Below are positions 1 to 9,417 of a stretch of 49,994 nucleotides of DNA, in pieces. Under the pieces are notes generated by a model, which was given only the letters and a program-made list of their open reading frames with translations, was not told the DNA's origin and searched no databases. Every line of letters begins with the position of its first letter. The stretch's first letter is position 1. Both the position numbers and the translations under genes were made by a program. This DNA comes from an uncultured Syntrophus sp. (GTDB lineage: Bacteria; Desulfobacterota; Syntrophia; Syntrophales; UBA5619): assembly GCA_964552725.1 (NCBI GenBank), contig CAZKHU010000005.1:1-49994 (forward strand), written 5' to 3'.

Positions 1-158
1 GCTCAGAATCGTTGCGGGAATGACAAGAATGGGGAGTTTTGCAATTACCTCAATTCGACTAACAATAAACTACTACCGGAACAAACATTTCATGTTTCAT
101 ACGATGCATGGAAGAAGGCGACTACGGAAGCAATCAAACATTTTGGGGGAGTTTACAC

Positions 159-896
159 ATGAATGTCGTCTATGAACCGAAAGGACGGGCGCGGGAATAC
201 TCCGAGCTGGCCTGCAATCTTTATCGCGGCTGCACGCACGGCTGCCGGTACTGCTACGCGCCGTCGTGTATGCGAACGACGGGGGAGAAGTGGCATGCGA
301 CAGCGGCGCCGCGCCGTGATGTGCTGCAAAACCTCGAAAAAGACGCCATGAAACTGCGTGGCGATTCGCGGCGCATTCTCTTTTGCTTCCTGAGTGACCC
401 ATATCAGCCGCTTGAGCGCACGGAACGACTGACGCGGCAGGCGCTGGGAATTGTTGCAAAACACCGGCTGAACAGCCAGATATTGACCAAAGGATGTGCG
501 GATATCATCCTGGAAGACATGGGACTGATGAAGGATGCTCACACGCAACTGGGCGTTACGCTTTGTTTTGCCGATGATTCCATCCGCAAGGATTGGGAGC
601 CGTGCGCCTCAACCGTGGATGACCGGCTGACCGTTTTGAAAAATGCTCACAAAGAGGGCATTTTTACCTGGGTCAGCCTTGAGCCGGTGATCGATCCCGC
701 TCAAGCGCTTACGGTAATCCGCATGGCGCATCCGTATGTGAATTTCTGGAAGGTAGGCAAGCTAAACCACATGAAAGAACACGAAATAACAGTGAACTGG
801 GGTAAATTCCTTTACGATGCGGAAGAACTTTTTACGAAACTTGGCGCAAAATACTATATCAAAAATGACTTGAGAGCTTTTGCACTGAAGCAATGA
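159..896 (+). CDS. Radical SAM protein (SplB / DNA-photolyase-like, COG1533 type)
   Basis: ORF 108..896. The CX3CX2C cluster motif CTHGCRYC lies about 30 aa after the Met at 159 (MNVVYEPKGRAREY...). The 17 codons from 108 look like an ORF-caller extension. Confidence 0.6.
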   Translation: MNVVYEPKGRAREYSELACNLYRGCTHGCRYCYAPSCMRTTGEKWHATAAPRRDVLQNLEKDAMKLRGDSRRILFCFLSDPYQPLERTERLTRQALGIVAKHRLNSQILTKGCADIILEDMGLMKDAHTQLGVTLCFADDSIRKDWEPCASTVDDRLTVLKNAHKEGIFTWVSLEPVIDPAQALTVIRMAHPYVNFWKVGKLNHMKEHEITVNWGKFLYDAEELFTKLGAKYYIKNDLRAFALKQ

Positions 897-936
897 AGCA
901 GGTTTATCATCTATCTGGAGATTATGGCATAAAAGG

Positions 937-1845
937 ATGGCTCTTGTCTATTTGCGCCATAACGAGGGGATGACCAACAACGATTATCAGCGACTCAACC
1001 ATGTGGATTCGGTTACGGCCACGCGGGAACTACGCAACCTGACAGACTACGGCCTGGTTGATCTGCACGGCACGCGCCGCTGGGCCTATTACACGTTAAA
1101 CGTTCCCGTCGAGGCGCAGTTGTTGCAGGCGGTACTGGAAACGGATGAAGAAAAAATACTGGTCTATGTACGGGAACACGGTTCGATCAAGCGGGCAGAG
1201 TGTCAGGCATTACTGAATGTTACCGAGACGCAGGCGCGATACATCCTGAAAAAAATGAAAGATCGGTTGTTATTGAGACTCGAGGGTGAAGGCATTCCCC
1301 GCATCTTCGAGGCGATGGAACGCGACGGCCTCTACCCGCCGGGAATCAGGATGGAGGCGGAGGCCATCTTTACCGTCACGTTGCGAAACACCGTGGCTTA
1401 TTCGCAGGAAACGCGCCGCTGGTTGGCGCAATTCGAACCTCAGGGACTAAACGGCAACCAGAAGCGCATCCTGGTCTACGCAAAGAAGCATCAAAATGCG
1501 TTTACCAGCAGAGAATATCAGAAACTGGTGGGTGTGGACATCTACCAGGCCTCGCGGGATATCAAGGATCTGATCAGTAAAGGATTGGTGAAATTGCCCC
1601 GGAAAGGCGGCCGGATTTATGAACTTCTTCCTGTCGCTTCCGGAGCAACGGCAGAGAAACCGCCGGAGTATGTCGCGCTGGAGGCAGTGCTGAAGGAAAA
1701 CGGTTTTATAAAAAATGAAGACATCCGCAAGGTGTTAGGGGTGTCACGATTTAGTGCCCATCGTATTGCCAAACGGTTCATTACAGAGGGGTGGTTGAAA
1801 TCGGAGGGCAGTAAACGAGGAAGGCGTTATATTTCAGCAATTTGA
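937..1845 (+). CDS. Multi winged-helix DNA-binding protein; C-terminal part of an AlbA_2/HATPase_c_4 ('RecG-like') regulator, probably rearranged or truncated
   Basis: Repeated wHTH-like segments. An internal GEGIPRIFEAMERDGLYPP...FTVTLRN piece normally ends the HATPase_c_4 domain. No N-terminal AlbA_2 or ATPase part is present. Confidence 0.4.
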   Translation: MALVYLRHNEGMTNNDYQRLNHVDSVTATRELRNLTDYGLVDLHGTRRWAYYTLNVPVEAQLLQAVLETDEEKILVYVREHGSIKRAECQALLNVTETQARYILKKMKDRLLLRLEGEGIPRIFEAMERDGLYPPGIRMEAEAIFTVTLRNTVAYSQETRRWLAQFEPQGLNGNQKRILVYAKKHQNAFTSREYQKLVGVDIYQASRDIKDLISKGLVKLPRKGGRIYELLPVASGATAEKPPEYVALEAVLKENGFIKNEDIRKVLGVSRFSAHRIAKRFITEGWLKSEGSKRGRRYISAI

Positions 1846-1867
1846 AATATCAAGCATCCTCAGGTAA

Positions 1868-1916
1868 ATATCGAGCAGTCCCACGAAACGGCTGCTCGAT
1901 ATGAAGCTGCTCGATA
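1868..1916. repeat. 11-bp perfect hairpin with a duplicated right arm (alternative pairing possible)
   Basis: ATATCGAGCAG (1868-1878) pairs with CTGCTCGATAT (1892-1902). GCTGCTCGATA is repeated at 1906-1916. The element lies just after the stop at 1845, with no T-run. Confidence 0.4.
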
Positions 1917-2054
1917 AAGGCGAGGGAATTTATTCTTTGAAAAACGAGGCGTTACTTTCCTATCGGACACTCTCAGATCGTTATTGGACATCTTAAATCG
2001 CCGTATGTCCAATCAGACGATGACCTATTCGATGAATACATAGCAATAACGGGG

Positions 2055-2230
2055 TTGGATATGAAAGAAATTCAGTTGTTCATATCGGTAATGGATGTCA
2101 AGGAGCGCACCCAGACGACGCGCGCCTTTGGCATCGATCTGGACACCACCAATTCCAGCGTTGCGGAGGCTTCGTGGGAAGCGGGGGAAAAACCGGTCTG
2201 CCGAGTTCTGGAGATCGATCCATCGGGCGT
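2055..2230 (+). pseudogene. Hsp70/actin-fold ATPase N-terminal remnant
   Basis: AFGIDLDTTNSSVAEA resembles the Hsp70 phosphate-1 motif (GIDLGTTNS). The reading frame degenerates into low-complexity sequence and overlapping frames after about 60 codons. Confidence 0.3.
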
Positions 2231-2469
2231 ACTACCTGGCCAAGACATACAAAGTACAGGGTCTTCGTCTTCACAAACGTCATCAAGCAGTACATTAAAT
2301 CGGGGATTCAATTCATGGGACTCCCCGATGAGACGGTCAGCACCTTCGATCATTGGTGCCGCCTCAACTACGAGAAGGAAATATCGAAAAGCCTCCCTTG
2401 GGCAGGGAGAACCATCGATATTGAGAAGGCCGTGCCTCCGAGGAGGCCGGGTATGCCGGCGGGTTTTGA

Positions 2470-2799
2470 CTTCGGCAACAACCTTATCCGCTGGAGGCGT
2501 TGCGCGAGGCCGTCGTTAATGCCATCGTCCACCGGGATTATACGGATCCCGGCAACATCCAGATCCGCATCTTCGGCGATCGCCTGGAGATCTGGAGCCC
2601 GGGACTCCTTCCCAAGGAGCTGAACATCAAGAGCCTGCTCGTGGAAAACCGCTCCATCCCGCGCAACAGGGGACTAGCGAACATATTCCATGACAGCGGC
2701 TTCATTGAAGGCTGGGGAACGGGATTTCAACGAATGGTGGAGGGGTGTGCCATAAACGGCAATCCGAGGCCGGAGCTGAAAGAGATGACAAGCACCTGA
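2470..2799 (+). pseudogene. HATPase_c_4 domain fragment of a RecG-like (AlbA_2 family) regulator
   Basis: The frame opens at 2470 directly after a stop. It reads YPLEALREAVVNAIVHRDY...GWGTGFQRM, which is typical of this domain. There is no upstream domain and no plausible start. Confidence 0.5.
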
Positions 2800-2960
2800 T
2801 TATTCGATTTCGTCGATCAGGTGACAATGAAATTGCTTGCTATCGAGATTTGCTCTCTTCTTTTTTCACGAAAGTACGCATCAACCGGATGAACCGGATT
2901 ACTGCGTATCGAGTGGCCCCTCTTTTTTTACCCTGTATGAGCCCGTACACAGAGGTCACT

Positions 2961-4268
2961 TCACTTCACGATATTCGACAGAACGAGCACCGTCCAGTAG
3001 GGAAATAACATCAGCAGCAGGATTGATATCAGATAAGCGGGAATGTACCAGAAGGCCCCCCGAAACACGGTGGCCAGGGAAATTCCGGGGGCCATGCCGG
3101 CAACAATATAACAGCAGATGCCGATCGGGGGCATGATCGAACCCATTGTTGTGACGATGGTAATGACCTGGCCGAACCAGATCGGATCGTAACCGAGCTG
3201 CACCACCAGAGGGTAGAAGATGGGCAGCGACACCAGCAGAAACGCCAGCGCATCCATCACGCAACCGCCGATAACGTAGCATAAAAGAATCACGCACAGA
3301 AGCAGCCAGTTCGGCAAATCCAGTTCGCTTATCCAGCCGGCAACCTCGTAGGGAAGCCTGGTGACCGTCAAAAAGCGACTGAAGACCACGGCGCCTGCAA
3401 CGATCATGAAGACAAGGCAGGAAATGCGGAGGGTATCGACGATTGATTTGACAAACCCCTGCCAGGAGAGCTTCCTTCTGATGACGCAAATGGCAAGCCC
3501 GAGCGTGCAACTGGCAGCCGCGGCCTCCGTCGCCGTAACGACGCCGGTGAAAAGGGCATACATAATGATGGCAAAGAGTACCAGGATGTCGATGATGTCG
3601 GGCAGGGCCTGAAAACGTTCTTTCCAGGAACTCCTGGGGCCTTTGGGCCCCCAGTCGGGATGCCGCCAGCAGATAAAGAAAACCGTGGCTGCAATGGAGA
3701 TTGTCAAAATAGCGCTCGGAATGATGTTGCCAAAAAAAAGCTTCCCGATCGATTGCCCCGTATAAAGCCCGTAGACGACAAGAACAATGCTGGGGGGAAT
3801 AAGAACGCCAAGGGTGGCGCCGGCGGCGACGGACCCGGCGTTAAGTTGTGGATGGTATTTATATTTTTTCATCTCCGGGATAGCCACTTTGCTCATGGTC
3901 GCAGCCGTCGCGGTGTTGCTGCCGCTGATCGCCGAAAACGCAGCGCAGGCCATGATCGTCGTAATCGCCAGCCCGCCCCTGTAGTGGCCGAACCAGCGAT
4001 AGGTGGCATGATAGAGGCCGTTGTTGTAACCCCCATAGTGAACAAACTCGCCGACAAGGATGAACATGGGAATAACCGTAAGACCATAGTTGGAGAAGAT
4101 ACCCCACATGTCGGCCCCAACCATCCCGAACGCCGCCTTGAATGAAGTCACATAGGCAAACCCCAGAAAACCGACCAGCGCCATTGTGAAACCTGCCGGT
4201 ATCTTGAATAGAAAAAGCACGGCAAACATTATCGCAATGCCGTATACGCCGACAATCGGTCCTTCCAT
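2961..4268 (-). CDS. dctM: TRAP transporter large permease subunit
   Basis: 435 aa polytopic membrane protein of canonical DctM length, immediately downstream of DctQ-like and DctP-like genes. Confidence 0.9.
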   Translation of the reverse strand: MEGPIVGVYGIAIMFAVLFLFKIPAGFTMALVGFLGFAYVTSFKAAFGMVGADMWGIFSNYGLTVIPMFILVGEFVHYGGYNNGLYHATYRWFGHYRGGLAITTIMACAAFSAISGSNTATAATMSKVAIPEMKKYKYHPQLNAGSVAAGATLGVLIPPSIVLVVYGLYTGQSIGKLFFGNIIPSAILTISIAATVFFICWRHPDWGPKGPRSSWKERFQALPDIIDILVLFAIIMYALFTGVVTATEAAAASCTLGLAICVIRRKLSWQGFVKSIVDTLRISCLVFMIVAGAVVFSRFLTVTRLPYEVAGWISELDLPNWLLLCVILLCYVIGGCVMDALAFLLVSLPIFYPLVVQLGYDPIWFGQVITIVTTMGSIMPPIGICCYIVAGMAPGISLATVFRGAFWYIPAYLISILLLMLFPYWTVLVLSNIVK

Positions 4269-4270
4269 CC

Positions 4271-4753
4271 CTATTCCTCCCCGGGGACCAGTTTTTTGAG
4301 AAAATCAACCAAGGCGCTAAAGCACAGCAGGGCAAACCCCACCGATACGGCAAAAATAAAGGGGTGAAAAACAATCTTCAAGGTTTCCGATACCTCATGG
4401 GATTCATATATCTTCATGCCCCAGACATAGACCTGCCAGGAAACTATCCCGAAAAAAAGCATGATGACAACATCCGCCAGTGCTTCAATAAATGTCTGCA
4501 CCTTCTTCGGAAATTTCTCGCTCAGGATGTCGACCACGACATGGTCCCTGTTTTTTTGGGTATAGCCCAGGGCAAAGGCGATAACGACGGCGCCAAGAAA
4601 GGCAACAATCTCGTATGTCCCCCGGAAGGGCAAATGAAACATTCTCAGAACAACGTTTCCGGTAGCAAGCAGCATGAGGGCCAGCACGGCGATGCCGCCC
4701 ATGATCATGGAAATCTTGTTGAGAAAGTTGTTGACTGCCTCAAGATATTTCAT
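4271..4753 (-). CDS. dctQ: TRAP transporter small permease subunit
   Basis: About 160 aa four-TM protein starting MKYLEAVNNF. A strong RBS (GGAGGAGGGGAAG) lies directly upstream of the ATG at 4753. The ORF-track start at 4813 is an extension. Confidence 0.8.
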   Translation of the reverse strand: MKYLEAVNNFLNKISMIMGGIAVLALMLLATGNVVLRMFHLPFRGTYEIVAFLGAVVIAFALGYTQKNRDHVVVDILSEKFPKKVQTFIEALADVVIMLFFGIVSWQVYVWGMKIYESHEVSETLKIVFHPFIFAVSVGFALLCFSALVDFLKKLVPGEE

Positions 4754-4832
4754 CTTCCCCTCCTCCAGACGCAGGGACGCCTCTTTGTCAATGATAACAA
4801 AACCAGCGGGCAATCATCGACATCACTTCACG

Positions 4833-5864
4833 CTACTTGCCGGAAAACTGTTTTTCGTACTTTTCCCTGAGTTTGTAGAGATCCTGAATGACCTGAGCTC
4901 CGTTAAGTCCGGCTGCCGTCACTCTCTTTATGTAGCTGTCGATCATTGGCTTTACCAGTACCGGGATCTGGGTCTTTTCAGAGGCCGGGAGATTGATAAT
5001 CTGGTGGTTGTATTTCTCCTTCGACCATTTGAGCGCTTCCTTGACGTGATTATCAACATAAGTAGCCGTCCATTCCGCCTGTTCACGCCTAAGATCGTCA
5101 AAAACCTTCTTCACATCGGCGGGCAGCGAATTCCACTTCTCCTTGTTCATCACCACCGCGAAGGTTACGACGAAGAGATTCGTGTCCGTTGCATACGGGG
5201 TGTAGGCGGCAAAGTTGAAATCTTTGAGAATCTCCATCGAAGATACCACCCCTTTGACGACGCCTTTCTGCAAGGCCTCCGGGGTTTCCGACTGCGGCAT
5301 CGCGATGGGAATGCCGCCCAGTATCTTGACTGCTTCGGCGCCTGTACCCGATACCCGCAGCTCCATCCCTTTCAAATCTTTTAACGATTTTACAGGTTTG
5401 GATGTCATAAAATCGGCCGGCGGACAGGTAAAGAGGGTAAGAAGCTTTACTTTTTCGAATTCCTTGGGATATTTTTCGATCAGGTCGTAAAGGGCAAGGC
5501 TGGCGGCCCGGGCGCTGGTGAACCCGATCGGCAGGTCAACGGCTTCGGATACCAGAAAGCGGCCCGGCTGATAGCTCATGGCAAAGTTGCCGATGTCGGC
5601 CGTGCCTGTGATGACGCCGTCAAAGATGTTTTTTGCGGCCAGGAGCGTTCCGCCCGGAAAGGTCTGAACTTTCACGGCGCCTTTGGTCCTCAGCTCCACC
5701 TCCTTGGCCCATCTTTCCATCTGTACGCTGGGAAAAGTGGAAGCAGGCGGGAAATTGGCATAGGTAAGCTTTATTTCACTGCGCAAGTTTCCCGGAAGAA
5801 CGATCTGCGCTCCCAAAACAACGATAAAGGCTAAAAGAATCGGCAAACTTTTCCTGGTCTTCAT
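4833..5864 (-). CDS. dctP: TRAP transporter substrate-binding protein (DctP family)
   Basis: Signal peptide followed by a DctP-like N-terminus (KLTYANFPPAS...WAKEVELRTKGAVKVQTFPGGTLL). 343 aa. Confidence 0.9.
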   Translation of the reverse strand: MKTRKSLPILLAFIVVLGAQIVLPGNLRSEIKLTYANFPPASTFPSVQMERWAKEVELRTKGAVKVQTFPGGTLLAAKNIFDGVITGTADIGNFAMSYQPGRFLVSEAVDLPIGFTSARAASLALYDLIEKYPKEFEKVKLLTLFTCPPADFMTSKPVKSLKDLKGMELRVSGTGAEAVKILGGIPIAMPQSETPEALQKGVVKGVVSSMEILKDFNFAAYTPYATDTNLFVVTFAVVMNKEKWNSLPADVKKVFDDLRREQAEWTATYVDNHVKEALKWSKEKYNHQIINLPASEKTQIPVLVKPMIDSYIKRVTAAGLNGAQVIQDLYKLREKYEKQFSGK

Positions 5865-5965
5865 AGTAATCCTCCTTGCTGTTTATTGCGACCCGGTAAG
5901 GTCGTCCCAATTTTCCTGACGCTTCCCGACGTTGAAACATATATGGATAAAAATATTTTCGGCAC

Positions 5966-5994
5966 TTGACGATTGGATGGACTGCATGTATACG
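5966..5994 (+). promoter_or_regulatory. Possible sigma70-type promoter for the CoA-transferase operon
   Basis: TTGACG (5966-5971), a 17-nt spacer, then TATACG (5989-5994). It lies in the divergent dctP / CoA-transferase intergenic region. Confidence 0.3.
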
Positions 5995-6068
5995 GCTGCT
6001 TTAAATATGTCAACAAAAAATATTGCAATTCACTTTTCCAAAAACTTGAAATTCTGGCGGAGGATACT

Positions 6069-7256
6069 GTGGAAATTTTTAAGGGAATGACGATGCTGTC
6101 TTTGGAGCAGGCAACGGTGCTGCCCTATTTGAGCTACCGGCTGGCGATGGACGGAATACGGGTGATCAGGCTGGAACACCCGGTGTATGGAGACCCCAAC
6201 CGGATGGTCGGGGAGAACAGGCTCGGGGAAGAGCGGATGAATTCCTATTTCATGGCGATCAACGCGGGAAAGGAGGCAGTGACGCTGAACCTCGCCCTGC
6301 CGGAAGGACAGGAACTGCTGAAAGAGATGCTCGTGAAGCTGAATGTCGATATCTTCGCGACCAATCAGCTCCCCAAAAATTATGAAAAACTGGGAATAGA
6401 CTACAAGACCCTGCAGGCAATCAAACCTGACCTGATCTGGATAGGGCTCACCGGATTCGGACCCGAAAGCAACGAAGCCGCCTACGATCCGATCCTGCAG
6501 GCCCGGGGCGGTCTCATGGAACTAACCGGCAAGGCCGGCGAGGCCCCGCAAGTCATGGGAATACCGCTCCCCGATATGGGGACAAGCGAGCATGCCTATG
6601 GCCTCACCATGAAGGCCCTCTTCAAGCGCTCCCGTACCGGCAAGGGGGAGAGGATCGATGTCTCCATGCTTATGTCCACGACCTCCTGGCTTACCGTCCC
6701 GATTACTTTGACGAAATCTTTCGGCAACAAGATTACGCGCAGAGGAAATACCCACGAGTTTTTTGCCCCGGTCTCCGTTTATGAGACAAGGGATGGATAC
6801 GTCTACATCGCCCTCGGCAACGACCGCCAGTGGGTATCGTTCATTCAGCTTCCCGGCTTCGAGAAGCTGGCCAGACCGGCCTATGAGAAAAACAGGGGAC
6901 GCATCGGGGACGTGAAGGCCCTGAACGCGCTGATCAATGACTGCACAAAGACAAAAACGACGGACGAGATGATCGAGCTCTGTCAAAAGGCCACTATTCC
7001 AATCTCCCGGGTCAACACGATTGAGGAGGTCATTGAAGATGTCTATGTAAAAGAGGCGCTCCTTACGGCGACAGACCCGCTCACCGGCACGCAGATATAC
7101 ATGGCGCCCCCGCCCTTTACAACTCCCTTTCTCAGGGAGTCCGGCCGGCGGATGACCTTTCCTCCCCGGTTTGGCGAACATAACGCCCACATCTACGGTT
7201 CACTTGGATTTTCTCCTGCAAAGCTGCAGGAGCTGAAGGAAAAAGAAGTGATTTAA
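6069..7256 (+). CDS. Family III CoA-transferase (CaiB/BaiF/Frc type)
   Basis: N-terminus reads FKGMTMLSLEQATVLPYLSYRLAMDGIRVIRLEHP, matching the L.G.rVldl..aGP...LadlGAeVIkvE pattern. The catalytic-Asp region is AAYDPILQARGGLMELTG. The GTG at 6069 is preceded by GGAGGA. The ORF-track start at 5973 is probably too long. Confidence 0.85.
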   Translation: MEIFKGMTMLSLEQATVLPYLSYRLAMDGIRVIRLEHPVYGDPNRMVGENRLGEERMNSYFMAINAGKEAVTLNLALPEGQELLKEMLVKLNVDIFATNQLPKNYEKLGIDYKTLQAIKPDLIWIGLTGFGPESNEAAYDPILQARGGLMELTGKAGEAPQVMGIPLPDMGTSEHAYGLTMKALFKRSRTGKGERIDVSMLMSTTSWLTVPITLTKSFGNKITRRGNTHEFFAPVSVYETRDGYVYIALGNDRQWVSFIQLPGFEKLARPAYEKNRGRIGDVKALNALINDCTKTKTTDEMIELCQKATIPISRVNTIEEVIEDVYVKEALLTATDPLTGTQIYMAPPPFTTPFLRESGRRMTFPPRFGEHNAHIYGSLGFSPAKLQELKEKEVI

Positions 7257-7292
7257 CCATGCCGCATCTGGCGCTTAAATGAAGGAGGATAT

Positions 7293-8441
7293 ATGGATTT
7301 CGCCCTAACCGAGGAACAGGAATTTTTCAAAAAGATTATCACCGATACGGTCGAGCGCCTCATCGTCCCCAAGGCCCGGGAGATTGATGAAAAGGACGAG
7401 TTCCCGCGGGAGTTATGGCAGGAGTTCACCAGACTCGGCTATCTGGGACTGCGTTATCCAGAAGAGATAGGCGGCATGAATGCCGATCCGGTAACGGCGA
7501 TGATTTTCTATGAACAGCTTGCCCGGGGATCCGTGGGTTTTGCTCAAAGCGTCGTCATGAACGCCCTGATGGGCACCTATTTCATTTATCGCTTTGGGAC
7601 GGAAGAGATCAGGCAGCGTTGTCTCTATCCGGCCCTGCGGGGCGAAAAGATCGCCACAATGTGTTTTACCGAAGACCAGTCAGGATCGGATCTTGCAGCC
7701 ACCAGGACAAGAGCGGAAAAACAGGGGGACGAATGGGTTCTGAACGGCACGAAGATGTGGATCACCAACGGACCAATTGCCGATATGGCAACCGTGCTGG
7801 CTACAACGGACATGGCCAAAGGTGCAAAAAGCCTTAACTTTTTCCTGGTGGAAAAGGGAACCCCCGGCTTCGCGCCCGGCCAGGTGCTCGATAAATTAGG
7901 CTGCCGGGGAACGGTAACGGGGGAACTCGTTTTCGATAACGTCAGAGTTCCCGCCGAAAATCTGCTGGGGGCAGAAGTGAATAAAGGAGTCGAATATCTT
8001 TCGGAAATCCTCGACGAGGTTCGGGTCATGACCGGGGCGATGGCGCTCGGAATCGCCCAGGCGGCCTATGACGAAGGACTCGCCTATGCGAGAAAACGGA
8101 TTGCGTTTGGTAAAACTATCGGCAGCTACCAGCTCATCAGGGCCAAATTTGCCGATATGGCAACGGAAATGGAAGCAAGCCGGCTTATGGTCTACCATGC
8201 GGCCTGGAAGATAAAGGAGAAGCTTCCCTCCCGCAGGGAAGCGGCCATGGCAAAGATGTTCGCCACCGAGACTTGCCTGAAGGTAGTGGATGAGACAACG
8301 AGGATCTGGGGCGCCAATGCCTTCGCCCGCGAATACAACCCGCAGCGCTACTTCCGGGATGCCCGTTTCCTTCTCTACGGCGGGGGAACTCACGAAATTA
8401 TAAAGGATTTCCTCGGAAGGATGATCGTCGGAAAGTCATAA
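7293..8441 (+). CDS. Acyl-CoA dehydrogenase
   Basis: 382 aa with typical ACAD blocks (CFTEDQSGSDL, KMWITNG, FGKTIGSYQLI). RBS AAGGAGGA. Confidence 0.9.
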   Translation: MDFALTEEQEFFKKIITDTVERLIVPKAREIDEKDEFPRELWQEFTRLGYLGLRYPEEIGGMNADPVTAMIFYEQLARGSVGFAQSVVMNALMGTYFIYRFGTEEIRQRCLYPALRGEKIATMCFTEDQSGSDLAATRTRAEKQGDEWVLNGTKMWITNGPIADMATVLATTDMAKGAKSLNFFLVEKGTPGFAPGQVLDKLGCRGTVTGELVFDNVRVPAENLLGAEVNKGVEYLSEILDEVRVMTGAMALGIAQAAYDEGLAYARKRIAFGKTIGSYQLIRAKFADMATEMEASRLMVYHAAWKIKEKLPSRREAAMAKMFATETCLKVVDETTRIWGANAFAREYNPQRYFRDARFLLYGGGTHEIIKDFLGRMIVGKS

Positions 8442-8610
8442 TTCCGCGAAAGAATCAACAGATGGTTTATTGGCAAATGGTTTTTGCGCTCGCCAACGGG
8501 GCACAACCAATTGTTGCCACTTGCCGGTGAAAATGTTACTGCACCGCGGACGGAGTTCCGAGCGGGCCTGTCAGGATTAAAATTATTTTTATCAATCAGG
8601 GGAAAACGGT

Positions 8611-9396
8611 ATGTATATTGTTGTGCTGGTAAAACAGATTCCGGATCCGGAAGCTTTGGTGTCGGTCGGCGGAGACGGGGCAAGCCTCACCATAGAGCCG
8701 AAGTTTGCGATGAACATCTTCGATGAATTTGCGATCGAAGAAGCCCTGCGGATCAAAGCGCTGCATACCGGCGGAAAGGTCAAGGTTATTGCCCTCGGAA
8801 ACGGCAAGGCGATTGAGGTTTTGAGAACCGGCATTGCCATGGGAGCTGACGAAGCCCTGCTGCTTGACGACGAGGCCTTTTCAGACGGCGACGGCTATGC
8901 AAACGCTTTCGTTTTGAGCCGGGCAATCGCCCGGGAGCATTTTGACATCGTCCTCTGCGGCAAACAAGCCATCGATGACGACCGGGGAGAAGTCGGGCAG
9001 ATGGTAGCACAGTTTCTGGGACTGCCGCATATAGGCGGCATCGTGAAGCTTGCCGTTGCCGATGGACGGGCAGTCGCGGAGATTGCCGTCGAAGGGGGAA
9101 GAGAAACCATCGAGACGCCCCTGCCCGCATTATTCACAGCCGAAAAGGGGCTGAATGAACCAAGAGTCCCACTGATAACAGGCGTAATGAAGGCGATGAA
9201 GGCTCCGATCGCGAGGCTGACCGCTGCCGACCTGGGGCTTGCGCCTGATCAGACCGGTCGGCCGGGATCGAAGGTGAAGACGCTGCAATACTCGCTGCCG
9301 AAGAAAAAACCCGCCGTACAGATCATTCCCGGCGAGCCGCGCGAGGCCGCAATTGAAGCGGTAAGGATACTCATGGAAGTGGAGAAGCTTTTTTAG
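8611..9396 (+). CDS. etfB: Electron transfer flavoprotein beta subunit
   Basis: MYIVVLVKQIPDP..., CGKQAIDDD..GQ motif, 261 aa. Confidence 0.9.
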   Translation: MYIVVLVKQIPDPEALVSVGGDGASLTIEPKFAMNIFDEFAIEEALRIKALHTGGKVKVIALGNGKAIEVLRTGIAMGADEALLLDDEAFSDGDGYANAFVLSRAIAREHFDIVLCGKQAIDDDRGEVGQMVAQFLGLPHIGGIVKLAVADGRAVAEIAVEGGRETIETPLPALFTAEKGLNEPRVPLITGVMKAMKAPIARLTAADLGLAPDQTGRPGSKVKTLQYSLPKKKPAVQIIPGEPREAAIEAVRILMEVEKLF

Positions 9397-9417
9397 CAAA
9401 GGGACAGGGGGAAAATA

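Noticed and set aside
2055-2623. ORFs 2055-2519 and 2174-2623 as intact genes
   Set aside because: They are mutually overlapping frames with low-complexity Ser/Arg/Gly-rich tails. Only the first ~60 codons resemble a known fold, so I treat the region as a pseudogene remnant.
8500-8580. Cobalamin-riboswitch-like fragments (GCCACT, GGTGAAAAT) in the ACAD-etfB intergenic region
   Set aside because: The pieces occur in the wrong order relative to the riboswitch consensus as I recall it. No B12 box (AGCCxGGAGACCTGCC-like) is present. The downstream genes are not B12 synthesis or transport genes.
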